Below are positions 13,979 to 26,098 of a DNA stretch of 64,000 bases, in pieces. The stretch spans positions 19,530,001-19,594,000 of the forward strand of contig NC_043005.1 in assembly GCF_006345805.1 (NCBI RefSeq). Reading direction: 5' to 3'. This DNA is from Octopus sinensis (taxonomy: Eukaryota). Under the pieces are notes generated by a model, which saw nothing but the letters and a program-made list of their open reading frames with translations, was not told where the DNA came from and ran no database searches. Made by a program: the position numbers and the translations under genes. Numbering within the stretch: position 1 is the first letter of the stretch; every line of letters begins with the position of its first letter.

Positions 13979-14424
13979 ATTACCTGTGTGTGTGTGTTTT
14001 TGTTGTGTATGTGTGTATGTGTGTGTGTTATTGTTGTGTATGTGTGTGTTTTTTGTTGTGTATGTGTGTGTGTGTGTGTGTGTCTTTTTGTTGTGTATGT
14101 GTGTGTCTTTTTGTTGTGCATGTGTGCGTGTGTATCTCTTAAATCGATTTTGAACTTTGATATCGTTAATATTTTTATTGGGCGACGAAATTCATCGATT
14201 TAAGTGATACACAACACACGCACACATACACAACAAAAAAACACACACACACACACATACACAACAAAAAAACACACACACACACACATACACAACAAAA
14301 AGACACACACACACACACGCACACATGCACAACAAAAACACACACACATACACAACAATAACACACACACACATACACACACACGCACAAACATACACAA
14401 CAAAAACACACACACACAGGTAAT
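13979..14424. repeat. Fold-back inverted repeat with minisatellite arms
   Basis: Termini attacctgtgtgtgtgtg / cacacacacacaggtaat; inner stem gtgtatctcttaaatcgat / atcgatttaagtgatacac; ~47-nt spacer. Confidence 0.85.
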
Positions 14425-14796
14425 AAGCTCTCAAATTCCTGGAAGTATATCCTAATTTCTTGTGAATATACCCGTACTTCATGTAAATATACTTCAAGTT
14501 CTTGTGGAATATACAGCATGTTCTTTGGAATAATTCCCCAAATTATTAACAAAATTGTAGATATATCTATACAGACGCAGAGTCTTTCTTGAATACAGAC
14601 AGGCAGAAATGGGTGAGTTGAATGTAGAATGTAAAGACACAATATCAAATGCTGTCATAAATTTAGTCTGGCACTCCACCTGCCTTAGTAGTTTGTTTCT
14701 AGTCATTGGTAAATTCGGAGAAATGTCCTTAGCACTACAGACCCACTTAACAGATGACAATTGTAATTATGGCTTTTATCAAAGAGTACAACAGGG

Positions 14797-14940
14797 ATCA
14801 CTACCAACCCCTGTCGGAGCTTCGTGGAGCTTTTAGGTGCTTTCGCTCAAATAAACACACACAACGCCCGGTCTGGGAATCGAAACCGCGATCCTCCGAC
14901 CGCAAGTCCGCTGCCCTAACCACTGGACCATTGCGATCCT
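14797..14940 (-). mobile_element. tRNA-derived SINE, family B (head only)
   Basis: Reverse complement of gcaatggtccagtggttagggcagcggact..gatcgcggtttcgattccc. Confidence 0.85.
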
Positions 14941-15124
14941 ATTTCCATCTGCCAGGATAAAGCGCTAAAGACAGAAACGCTAAGGTTTTATTCTTCCAGA
15001 CACTTATTTAAATTCCCATATTTACTCATGGAATACTTGTTGACGACGGATAGAGAAATACCAGTTTGCTTCGAACATTAATAATGTTTGTTTTATATTA
15101 TAAGCCACAGGGTCTTAAGTCCGA

Positions 15125-15300
15125 AGCAGAGATAAGTCGATGGCATCAATCCCAGTATTTGAGTGGTATTTTATTTTATCGACTCCGGAGAAATGAAAGC
15201 AAAGTCTATCTTGGCTGAATTTGAACTTTGAGCCTAAAGAGCCGAAACAATTCTGCCAGATATTTTTGTCCAACGTTCTAACCATTCTACCAATCTATTT
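15125..15300 (-). mobile_element. Degenerate family A SINE
   Basis: cccagtatttgagtggtattttattttatcgact..gctgaatttgaact. Confidence 0.6.
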
Positions 15301-15506
15301 CCCTCACTTTAATTATAATGATCTCTAACACACACTTAGAGGGGTGGGGACATGTACATAAAATCGATTTAATCACCACCTCTAATAAAAATGGATTTAT
15401 TCAGTCGACTCCAGACAGGTAAAACGTGATATTTTTCTAGCATTGATATACACCCATTATTTTTAAGAAGAAACTGTATGGAAACCTTGAAGTGGGATAC
15501 CGTTCC

Positions 15507-15913
15507 GGATCTTTTCGGTTTGAACGGCAGTTTTTAACATAATTTCTAGGTAACTAAAAAATGTTAAACTTCGTATACTGTTTATAAAAGATCTTTTTCT
15601 CTTGGATTTATTGAGAAAATTCTATAGTTTGTAAGATATTTGTTGTTTTTTTTCTTCAATTTCTGCAATTTCAATCAATCACTGACGTCTATTGAGTTAA
15701 AAAGCATTCTGTGCCGTATGAATATGTCCCTCGTTTAAGAAACAGATTGGGTTTATTTACATTTGTGAAGAAAAAAAGATACCCTTCCCCCACCCCTAAT
15801 CCTAACCCTAACCCAGATTGAAATGCAATAGATTGATACTAGGGTTATAATTATGGGTGACAATTTCATATGACACCGCTAGAAAAAAACTGCCGTTCAA
15901 ACCGAAAAGATCC
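15507..15913. mobile_element. Merlin-type MITE, copy 1
   Basis: 29-bp TIR GGATCTTTTCGGTTTGAACGGCAGTTTTT; 9-bp TSD taccgttcc at 15498-15506 and 15914-15922; GG termini and 8-9 bp TSD fit Merlin/IS1595. Confidence 0.85.
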
Positions 15914-16603
15914 TACCGTTCCTGTTCTTGAAAGCTGACTTTGTCCACCGCTCGATTTAACGTCACCACTTGATATTTGTGTACATTCAGCAGAGTCCAT
16001 TATGTACGCAAGAGTATTTGAGCGAGGTCTTCAGTCTGAGGATAACCACTTCTTTCTTGTTTCAAAAGCCATTAAAAAGTTTCGTTATCGCTGCCGCTTC
16101 TCCACTGATAAAAATCATTTAAAGACGACTGCGCTGTTGAGAGCGAAATGTCTTGGCTATGGACAGATACATTCTGCTAAACACTTGGTAGTTCAATACA
16201 ATGGCTTCTGTACTGCCCTTGTGCGCTGTTTCACTATTTTGTCACGTGTGATATTTTAAACAGTTGAGAGCGTAGTGGTACGTCAGCTAACTTAGCTTTA
16301 TGAACAGATTGAATCTGTATATTTACCTCCTCGCTCGTTCACTCGACACCAGGCGAGTCTAACAGATAACCCTCTCACCCTCTTTTCACACAGGTCTGTG
16401 CTTTTTAATGAACTGATCATCAACCTGGCTAACTTGATTGCAAAGTAGACATAACATTTTATGATTGCTATTCACGTCTCCTTAACATCTGAGCTCAAAA
16501 GTTGCTGAGTTCACCTTTGCCTCAAAGTCGATAAAAGTATGTATCGATCTAGTCGGTTATACATTACCCAAAATTTCAAACGTTATTCCTTTCTTAGAAA
16601 TTC

Positions 16604-16992
16604 TTTTACTCTTTTATTCTTTTACTTGTTTCAGTCATTTAACTGCGGCCATGCTGGAGCTTCACCTTAAAGGATTTTAGTCGAATAAATTCTTTTTAAG
16701 CCTAGTACTTATTCTATCGGTTTGTTTTGCCGAACAACTAAGGTAAGGGGATGTAAACACACCAACATTGGTTGTCAAGTGATAGTGGTGGTGGTGAGGG
16801 GGACAAACACATAAATATACTCACACACACAAACACATTATATATACGACGGGCTCCGTTGAGTTTCCGTCTACCAAGTCCATTCGCAAGGCTTTGGTCG
16901 GCCCAAGGCTATAGTAGAAGATACGCAGCGGGACTGAACCCGGAACCATATGGTTGGGAAGCATGCTTCTTACCATACAACCACGCCTGCGC
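16604..16992 (-). mobile_element. tRNA-derived SINE, family D
   Basis: tttacttgtttcagtcatt..ccatgctggagc tail; head gggactgaacccggaaccat. Confidence 0.9.
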
Positions 16993-17057
16993 CTATTCTT
17001 ACCACACAGCCACAATGTAAAAAACTAAAAGAATTGTTCGTAGAGATTAGTAACAAT

Positions 17058-17349
17058 ACTCTTTACTCTCTTTTACTCTTTTACTTGTTTCAGTCATTTG
17101 ACTGTGGCCATGCTGGAGCACTGCCTTTAGTCGAGCAAATCGACTCCAGGACTTATTCTTTGTAAGCCTAGTACTTATTCTATCGGTCTCTTTTGCCGAA
17201 CCGCTAAGTTACGGGGACGTAAACACACCAGCATCGATTGTCAAGCGATGTTGGGGGGACAAGCACAGACACACAAACATACACAAACACACACATACAT
17301 ACATATGACGGTCTTCTTTCAGTTTCCGTCTACCAAATCCACTCACAAG
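17058..17349 (-). mobile_element. Family D SINE 3' part, truncated by REL element
   Basis: Family D tail and body stop at ccactcacaag, where the REL fragment begins. Confidence 0.85.
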
Positions 17350-17997
17350 AGTGGGAAGAGGGTCGAAAGTGTGACTCACATTGTTAGTACTTGTGAAAGT
17401 CTTACACAGATAGAATACAAGTGCAGATACGACAAGGTTGCCCGAAACCTTCACTGGCTACTATGCCGGAAGTATGGATACAAGTTAACGGATGCTTGGT
17501 ACCAACATACACCGCAAAAAGTAATGTACTTAAAGGGAAAGGCAAAAATCCTCTGGGACATAGACTTTCTGGCAGACCATGCGTTAGGGCACCGAAAGCT
17601 GGATATAGTAACCTTTAGGAGGGAGAAATAAGAGTGGCTAATAACCGACGTTGCAGTCAGGGGATCAACATATTACCATGAAAAAAAAAAAGGATTGATA
17701 AATATGGATAGCTGAGGATTAAGATCGCTAAGAGTAGGTTATTCCTATTGTCATTGGTGCATTGGGTTCAATATCACCCAACCTGACAAAAAAAAAAAAA
17801 AAAACATCTGGAAACTTTAGAATTACCCTACAATCTAGGTGTATTGCAAAAACAGCATTACTTGGAACTGCACGCATTTTGCGTGAAGTATTGTCTGTCT
17901 GAGGTCCTTGTTGTGATTGACAGGCAGTACAAACCCTCGGTAGACACAATATCTTCAATCAACAACATCACGATATTGGATACTGTATGACGTCTTA
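17350..17997 (+). mobile_element. 5'-truncated R4/Dong-like retrotransposon (nest member 1)
   Basis: HIVSTC..RYDKVARNLHWLLC..ILWD..LDIV and VIPIVIGALG motifs; followed by (AAT)n 17998-18041. Confidence 0.85.
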
Positions 17998-18041
<44 letters not shown>

Positions 18042-21000
18042 GGTGAACACCGGGGACGTTTAAGATGTAAGAAGGAAAATTCAGAGCTCCGAAATCTATC
18101 CACAAACATCGAAAACAAGGACATCCTATGGAGCCAAAGTTTTACTAACAAAGAATTGGACTGTATCCGAGTAAGTAATACTAATTGAAATTTATTACTA
18201 TTTTCGAAACGAAATGATGTATTTTGACTCGATATCATCTCCGCCTCTAACGCAACACATGTAAACATGCGTGGAACATCACGATCATCTCCGACCCCAA
18301 ACACCATGTACAAAGGAACTACGAAGAAATTAAATGCCACCGATACTATTCAACCCAAGAATAACAATCGAGCGGTACGTACATTAAACTTACAACAAAA
18401 AATGTACGGAAAACTACACGTGCGAAATAATGTGACAACAGAAATAAACGGACCGGTACCCTACGAAAATGACGACCGTCAAAATAATGGGCCGGACGTT
18501 GTACCTCATGTCCCGCAAATAAAACCCAAAAGACGTAAATGGACACGTGAGGAATACATTTCTATCTTACACGCATACTTCACAGCAGTACTCTACCCAA
18601 AAAATGAAAATACAACACATACATATAAAATATGGAAGGAAAATAATAGAGATATAGACTTGGATACAGCAATGAACCCTAATAAATTAGCTAACGTACG
18701 AAGATACATTCTCAACACAAAAAAATATCAGAAATAGAAATAGAACACCTAAAAGAAAACATACACCAGGAAAATGTAGATAGAAGCCACACAACAATGC
18801 CCAATAATATAAACACTGAAACTGTAAAACACGAAGACAAACGCAACATTCCCAACAAACACGATGTAAACAACGAAGGGGAGCCTAATGATTATGATAA
18901 TATAAAAAATAAAATAATCAAAGAACTGAAAACCACAGAGCTCAAGAATCAAAATAAACAAAATAACAACACCTATTATAAACAGCATAAACCTAGCCGT
19001 CACTGAACTGATAGCCACTGAATAAAAAAAAAGTGATATCACTGAGCTAAATAACCTAATATACGCAGCAGCCACTGCAGCCACAAAAGAAGCTGGATAC
19101 TCACCCAAACCCGCCCAAACAGGAGTACCACCACCCAAACAAACCCTGTGGATAAATAACATCCAAAGCAAAATAAAAAAAATTAGAAAAGACCTGTCGA
19201 TTCTTAATGAAATCAGCAAACAATCAACGCTACTGAGCAACAAAAAGAGAACAAAAATACTCCGCAAATATAACATCACAGAGAAAGACTTGCCTGAAAT
19301 AAAAGAAAAGCTGAAGCAAGATATCCTTGCCAAAGCACAAAGGATCCGCCGGTACAAGAAACGCCAACGCTTCTTTGAAGAAAACAAAAAGTTCAACTCC
19401 AACCCCAAAAAGTTCTACCAAGAACTGGGAAAAAATAAAATAGAAGTCACTGCAGCACCAACGGCAGAAGAATTGGAAGAATTCTGGGGAGAAATATGGT
19501 CGGCGAACGAACCACCAAAAAAAAGGAGTATCAAAACAACAAACTCGGCATCTGAACAACTTTGGACCACCATAACAACTGAAGAGGTCACCCAGGCACT
19601 GCAAAGACTAAGCAACTGGAAGGCACCTGGGCATGACAAGATCCCCAACTTCTGGTTGAAATATCTAACAGGAATGCACAAAAAGCTGGCTGAAAACTTT
19701 AACAACGTACTAGCAGAGCCAGAGACAATGCCTGAATGGCTCACGAAGGGGAAAACCATCTTAATTCCAAATCAAATGAAACAGAAAAACCAGAAAACTA
19801 CAGACCAATAACCTGCCTCCCTACTATGTTCAAGGCATTTACTGCAGTGATATCACAAAGGCTGAACAAGCACCTGGACGAAAACAAACTGTTCCCAGAA
19901 GAGCAGAAAGGATGCCGCAAAGGCTCATATGGCTGTAAAGATCAACTAATGATTAATAAAGCCATAACTGAAGACAGCCACAGAGAGAAGAAAGGCCTCA
20001 GTATGGCCTGGATTGACTACAAAAAGGCGTTTGATAGCATCCCCCACACATGGATCCTCGAAACACTAGCCATTAACAAAGTAGCACCAACAATCATAAA
20101 ATTCATAGAGCACTCTGTGAATAAATGGCAAACAGTCCTACACCTCCAAACAAAAGAGGGACTCATGAAAACCAAAGACATCCCCATTAGAAGAGGAATA
20201 TTCCAGGGAGACACGCTCTCTCCACTCCTTTTCTGCTTGGCACTGTCACCTCTATCTGATATGCTAAATAGAACTGGATGCGGATATAAATGTTACGGCA
20301 AAACGATCAGCCACCTTTTATATATGGATGACCTAAAACTATACGCTGCAAATGACAAACAGCTGGAAACACTATTAAAGACAGTTCATGGATTTACCAA
20401 AGAAATAGATATGAAATTTGGATTAGAAAAATGCGCCAAAGTAACCCTGAAAAGAGGAAAACTAGTTAAGAGTAACAACGTCACACTAGATAAAACCAAT
20501 GAAATAAAAGAATTAGACCAAAGCCAAACTTACAAATACTTAGGAATCCATGAACTAGATAAGACACAACACACACAAATGAAAGAGAAAATAAAAAAAG
20601 AATATTATAGACGAGTTAGATCAATACTAAACACAGAGCTCAATGCTAAAAACAAGATAATAGGTATCAACACTTTAGCTGTCCCAGTTATAAGTTACAG
20701 CTACAATATCCTTAACTGGACACGAAATGAACTGACCAAAATAGATAGGAAAACAAGAAAAATAATGACAGGATCTAGGATGCATCACCCAAAATCTGAC
20801 ATAGAAAGACTATATATACAACGTATAGAAGGTGGTAGAGGCCTTATACAGCTGGAAAACTACTATAAAATAACCACCATAGGACTGCAAAAATATCTAC
20901 TTCAGAATGAAGGAAAACTGATCCAGATAGCGGCAAAACACGAGCAAAACAAAAAGCTGTTCTCAGTATTTAAGGAAGCTGACAAATACAAACAAGAAAT

Positions 21001-21979
21001 CATACCACCTAATAAACATGAAGAAGAAGAAGAAGAAGAAGATGAAGAAACAACAAAAGCTATAAAACAAATGAAATCCAAACTAAAAATAGAACAGCAA
21101 CGAACCATGATAAAACGATGGCAAGAAAAGCCCCTTCATGGTAAATACTGGACTAAACTAAACGCAAAAGAAATAGACAAAGAAAAATCCCAGCAATGGT
21201 TGAGAAGCTCAGGATTGAAAGCAGAAACAGAGGGATTTTTAATTGCAGCACAAGACCAAAGCCTCCCCACCAGAAATTACCAAAAACCTGTAATGAAAAG
21301 AAATATAACAAGTAACTGCAGAATATGTGGAGATAGACAAGAAACAATAAATCATATTATCTCTGGCTGCCCAGTCCTGGCTAAGAAGGAATATATTCAC
21401 AGACATGACAGAGTTGGAACCTACATACACTGGAAGCTATGCCAACATTATGGAATAACAACAGAAAAAAGATGGTATAGGCACACACCAGAAAAGGTCA
21501 CAGAAAACGAGAAAGCAACCATACTCTGGGATATGCCGATACACACAGATAGAGAAATTAAGGCCAACAGACCAGATATAGTTGTCAGAGATCATGAAGA
21601 AAAAAATGCTTTCTAATTGATGTATTAATACCGGCTGATGACAACGTGTCTCTAAAAGAAATGGAGAAACTCTCAAAATACAAAGACCTGGAAATAGAGG
21701 TAACTAGAATGTGGAATCTGAAAACAGAAACAATTCCTATCATAGTAGGTGCATTAGGCATGATAAAAAAATATTCAGACAAATACATAACAAAAACACC
21801 AGGACTTACAAACACATATAACATACAGAAAATTGCACTACTAGGCACTGCACACATCCTACGCAGAACACTTTCCATACAATAACCATCAGAGCATCAC
21901 AACAAATCACAGCACATACCCAAGGCACACAGAGCTGTGCTCGGTAGTGAAGTGAAAGCACGCTATAAAAATAAAACTA

Positions 21980-21982
<3 letters not shown>
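18042..21982 (+). mobile_element. Near full-length R4/Dong-clade non-LTR retrotransposon (RT + CCHC + REL endonuclease)
   Basis: N-terminal KRRKWTREE; RT motifs NYRPITCLP, EEQKGC, WIDYKKAFDS, GIFQGDTLSPLLF, LLYMDDLKL, YKYLG; CRIC..HIISGC, RHDRV, NRPDIVV, KYKDL; (AAT)n on both sides. Confidence 0.95.
19736..21616 (+). CDS. Largest open segment (626 aa) of the Dong/R4 RT-REL polyprotein; joined to flanking segments by frameshifts
   Basis: ORF track plus the RT, zinc-knuckle and REL motifs listed for the element. Confidence 0.9.
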   Translation: MAHEGENHLNSKSNETEKPENYRPITCLPTMFKAFTAVISQRLNKHLDENKLFPEEQKGCRKGSYGCKDQLMINKAITEDSHREKKGLSMAWIDYKKAFDSIPHTWILETLAINKVAPTIIKFIEHSVNKWQTVLHLQTKEGLMKTKDIPIRRGIFQGDTLSPLLFCLALSPLSDMLNRTGCGYKCYGKTISHLLYMDDLKLYAANDKQLETLLKTVHGFTKEIDMKFGLEKCAKVTLKRGKLVKSNNVTLDKTNEIKELDQSQTYKYLGIHELDKTQHTQMKEKIKKEYYRRVRSILNTELNAKNKIIGINTLAVPVISYSYNILNWTRNELTKIDRKTRKIMTGSRMHHPKSDIERLYIQRIEGGRGLIQLENYYKITTIGLQKYLLQNEGKLIQIAAKHEQNKKLFSVFKEADKYKQEIIPPNKHEEEEEEEDEETTKAIKQMKSKLKIEQQRTMIKRWQEKPLHGKYWTKLNAKEIDKEKSQQWLRSSGLKAETEGFLIAAQDQSLPTRNYQKPVMKRNITSNCRICGDRQETINHIISGCPVLAKKEYIHRHDRVGTYIHWKLCQHYGITTEKRWYRHTPEKVTENEKATILWDMPIHTDREIKANRPDIVVRDHEEKNAF

Positions 21983-22070
<88 letters not shown>

Positions 22071-22072
<2 letters not shown>

Positions 22073-23190
22073 CTAGCTTACAAAACAACCACAATTGGCA
22101 TCAAGGAAAGCAAAAAATTTGCTATTGATCTCGTGCAGGATACCCAAACTGAACAACCCGAGGGAAGTACGGCAACTATTGTTGCAAAGAAGGTGAAAAT
22201 GATGGCAATGAAAAAAGCGCACGAGCAATTGGCTGATAGGTGGGAGGAGAAACCTCTGCACGGCAAATATGTGACCCGCAGCAAACAAGCTGATGTTGAC
22301 CAGAAGCAAACCCATCAGTGGCTGCGGAGCTCAGGGCTAAAAGCAGAGAGCGAAGGTTTCATCCTGGCTGCTCAAGACCAAAGCCTATCAACCCGGAACT
22401 ACCAGGCCAATGTGATGAAAAATGGAGCAGACCCAAAATGCCGATTCTGCAACGACATGATTGAAACAGTGGACCACCTAATCTCTGGATGTAAAGTCTT
22501 AGCACCAGTGGAGTATAAATTAAGACATGACAGAGTTGGCCAATATCTCCACTGGCTAATAAGTCGGCATTACAATATCAAAACTGCCGACAAGTGGTAT
22601 AATCACCACCCTGAGGCTGTAACTGAAGGAGAAAATGTAACCATTCTGTGGGACTTTCCAGTACATACAGACCGAACCATCAAGGCCAATAAACCAGATA
22701 TTGTTGTGAAAGACCAAAACAATAAAGTTTGCTTATTGATCGACATGAGCATCCCCTGTGATCATAATATCTCAGCGAAAGAGTTTGACAAGCTCAGAAA
22801 ATATAAAGACCTACTCATTGAAATTGAGAAAATGTGGCATCTCAAGGCGGTTACAATACCAGTGATCGTAGGAGCACTAGGAATGATCAAGAAGGGAACC
22901 GAAAATTATCTGAGAATGATCCCTGGCTTACCATCCCTGCAAGAAGTGCAAAAGATTGTCTTAACTGGTACATCACACGTATTGAGAAGAGCATTGTCGA
23001 TGTGAGAACTGTTGCTGCTCATGTATTTTAATGTAACAAAAAAAAAAAAAAAAAAAAATGAACGAACTACTGAGTTTGGTTTAATGGCCTACCAATGAAT
23101 ACTATGAGTTTCTTTGCCCTAGGAGTCGGGAAGACACTCGGCAAGAAATGGAAGAAAATTTGAAAGAAGAAAAAAAAAAAATAAAAAAAA
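22071..23190 (+). mobile_element. 5'-truncated R4/Dong-like element (nest member 3); intact 290-aa C-terminal ORF 22133-23005
   Basis: WEEKPLHG, WLRSSGLKAESEGFILAAQDQ, CRFC..HLISGC, RHDRV, ANKPDIVV, KYKDL, IPVIVGALG; ends in A-rich tract and (AAT)n 23191-23220. Confidence 0.92.
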
Positions 23191-23220
<30 letters not shown>

Positions 23221-23221
<1 letters not shown>

Positions 23222-23696
23222 TAAGATGTGGGATTTGAATATCCAGACTGACAGAGTAATAGAAACTAGAAGGCTTGATTTAGTAATTGTAAACGAAGAG
23301 AATAGAAAGTGCCAGGTAATTAATTGGCTTTACAGTCTTAAATGAGGAGGAAAAAATCAATATGAGAGGTATAGAGAAAATAACTAAGTACCAGCACCTA
23401 GTCATTGAGTTACAGAGGCTATGGAAAGAGTGGGTAAAATGCCTCCCCGTAGTTATAGGTGCATCAGGAACTACCCCTAGAGATTTGAACAGATGGATAG
23501 AGGAAATGGGCATAAAACCTAGTTTAGTACAGCCCCGTAAAACGGTGTTATAAGGGACAGCTGAATTACTTAGGAATGTTCTTGACATCTAAAGTTACTT
23601 ATTATAACCTGATGTTAGGATTTTTTCCAACAGTTTAATCTGTTGTGTATATATGAACTAATACTAATAATAATAGTAATAATAATAATAATAATA
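23221..23696 (+). mobile_element. 5'-truncated, decayed R4/Dong-like element (nest member 4)
   Basis: EKITKYQHLVIELQRLW..LPVVIGASG..KTVL; ends in (TAA)n ~23659-23696. Confidence 0.8.
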
Positions 23697-25363
23697 GAGG
23701 TAATGATGAGGATTATGATTTATAAAATACTGATATGTGTTTTGATAGTCATAAGAATAAGTTTAATTTTTTCGGAAAATAAACACTTTTGTAATTCGTT
23801 TAATTACTACATGTAATCACACGCGCACACTCACACCAACACTGATACACATATTTATTAGTGTGAGTGTGTATAAATGCATATATGTGCGTGTATTTAT
23901 TTGGGTATGTGTGTGTGTATTTATCTGTGTGTTTGTGTGGATGTGTGTGTCTAGGTATGTGTGTTCAAATATTTCCGAATGGATGTTAATTATTTGCACT
24001 GAGATGAAAGTAAAAAAAAACAAAAACAAATGACGGATTGAATTGTCATAACATGTGTGTGTGTGATTGTGTGCGTGTGTGTTTCCATTCCATTATTCAT
24101 GGAATTCACCATTTGTTATCCATAAAATGCAGCTACAATATGGAAATGAGTGTCTCATATGCTGTATAAATATATTAATAACCATTAACGTTTGTTAGCT
24201 ACAAACGACAGTCGTAGCTGTGTTTTTCATGAATACTTTATCCAAGCAATTTTCTCATTTCATGTCTCGTTCAAGGGTAATAGAGACATCGTGTTGATTT
24301 TGGTATCGTCAAGGAGAATCTCTGAAAGTGTGTAGGTGAGGAGATTGGCTAGTGGTGGAGACGGTAATGGTGGTGGTTCGGAGAAAAGAGAGGTGGGAAG
24401 TTTTGCATCAGTAAGAGTTAATTCAGTGAAGAGAAAAAGAGAGAATGAAGAAGAGTACTGATGAAAGGATGAGAACAAAGAAACAAAGGGGAGTAAGGGG
24501 AAACAGTGTAAGGTTTATGGTGTTTGTTGACCAGTGTTGAATATGGCCTCGACCTAGAGTATCATAAAGAATAACACTGTGTGTGCTTTAACCATCTGTG
24601 GTTGATCAATACGATACGTTGGTGTTTAGACTTTACAGCATCATAAAAGGCGATGACAAATATTTCTTATACAAAGAATAACCCTGCCTTCCAGCTTGAA
24701 ACAACAGCCAAATATCCCTTATATATCACACGTTCCATTCTTCAAAGAGGTAAGGAAATAATAATGTATCTGTTATATAACATTAACGAAATGGCGAAGG
24801 CCGGAATTCCCTTGGATTATAGGCCTGCTCAATTAAGCTTTTCCCGAGGTTAAACAACACTAACAACAACAATTAATATTAATACTGTGATTAGTTGAGT
24901 ACTAGATATAGCAGCTAGATCTCCCAAGATTTATGTTATGATAAAAATAAAGAACAAACCGGTCATATATGGAATCGCTTTCATCAGTGTTAATCTAGGG
25001 CCAAACACCTCAAACTACCTCTATTATAGAATATTCAGTATGGATGGTAATGTGACCACGTATCATTCTGAGTGTCTGATTATATACGTATCTTGCAGTA
25101 TATCGAAAGAGCGATCCCAAGAAATGAAATTGCCAATAATAGTGAAGTACATATTCAGTGTAACACATTGATTGCAATGGTGTATTAAAAGACCGTTATT
25201 CAAAAATAGAATACATTGCGGCCAAAAACAATAATGATATTCAGAAGCAGAAAAAAAAACAACGAAAACAGAATATTGCAAGATATACTCGTCCCTGTAA
25301 TTTAAATGTTCATTTAAATGTAATTTAAACGTTAATACATACATATACATATATATATACATA

Positions 25364-25708
25364 CTCTTTTATTTGTTTCAGTCATTTGTCTGTGGCCATG
25401 CTGGAACACTGCCTTCAGTTGAGCAAATTGACCCCACGACTTATTCTTTGTAAGCCTAGTACTTATTCTATCGGACTTTTTTGCCGAACCGCTGCCAGCT
25501 TCGGTTGTCAAGCGATGTTGGGGGACAAACATATACACACACATACATATATATATACTCATATATACAACGGGATTCTTTCAGTTTCTGTCTACCAAAT
25601 CCACTCACAAGGCTTTGGTCGGTCTGAGGCTATAGTTGAAGACACTTGCCCAAGGTGCCACGCAGTGGGACTGAACCCGGAACCATGTAGTTCGTAAACA
25701 AGCTACTT
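25364..25708 (-). mobile_element. Family D SINE with head interrupted at the A-box
   Basis: Full tail and body; head stops at taaacaagctactt, where a Tx1-like 3' end begins. Confidence 0.9.
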
Positions 25709-26098
25709 TATTTCATGAAGATTTGCCATAAAGGCATTACAAAGAGTAGCTTGCGGGCTGGATATATACACTGAGGAGGTGAATGATGAAATAGGGATGA
25801 TATTGATGAGAGAAGGCCAAAAACGCCCGCCAATGTTCTTCTTCTCTAAAACATTGTTCTTTTTTTTTTTAAACAGAATAAATAAAACGAAGTATTGAAT
25901 GTCTCGCGACAGTTTTTACAATTATTGGATTTAATAGTCCATTACAAATATTAACATGTAATAACATACAATAAAATATTCAATATACAATCAAACAGTT
26001 CAATAAAGAGTCACAATAGAAGAAGAAAACAATAGTTCCTAAAAAGAAAACACAGCAAAAAAATCTCCTGGGCATTCATGTACTCCAAACCCTTATGC

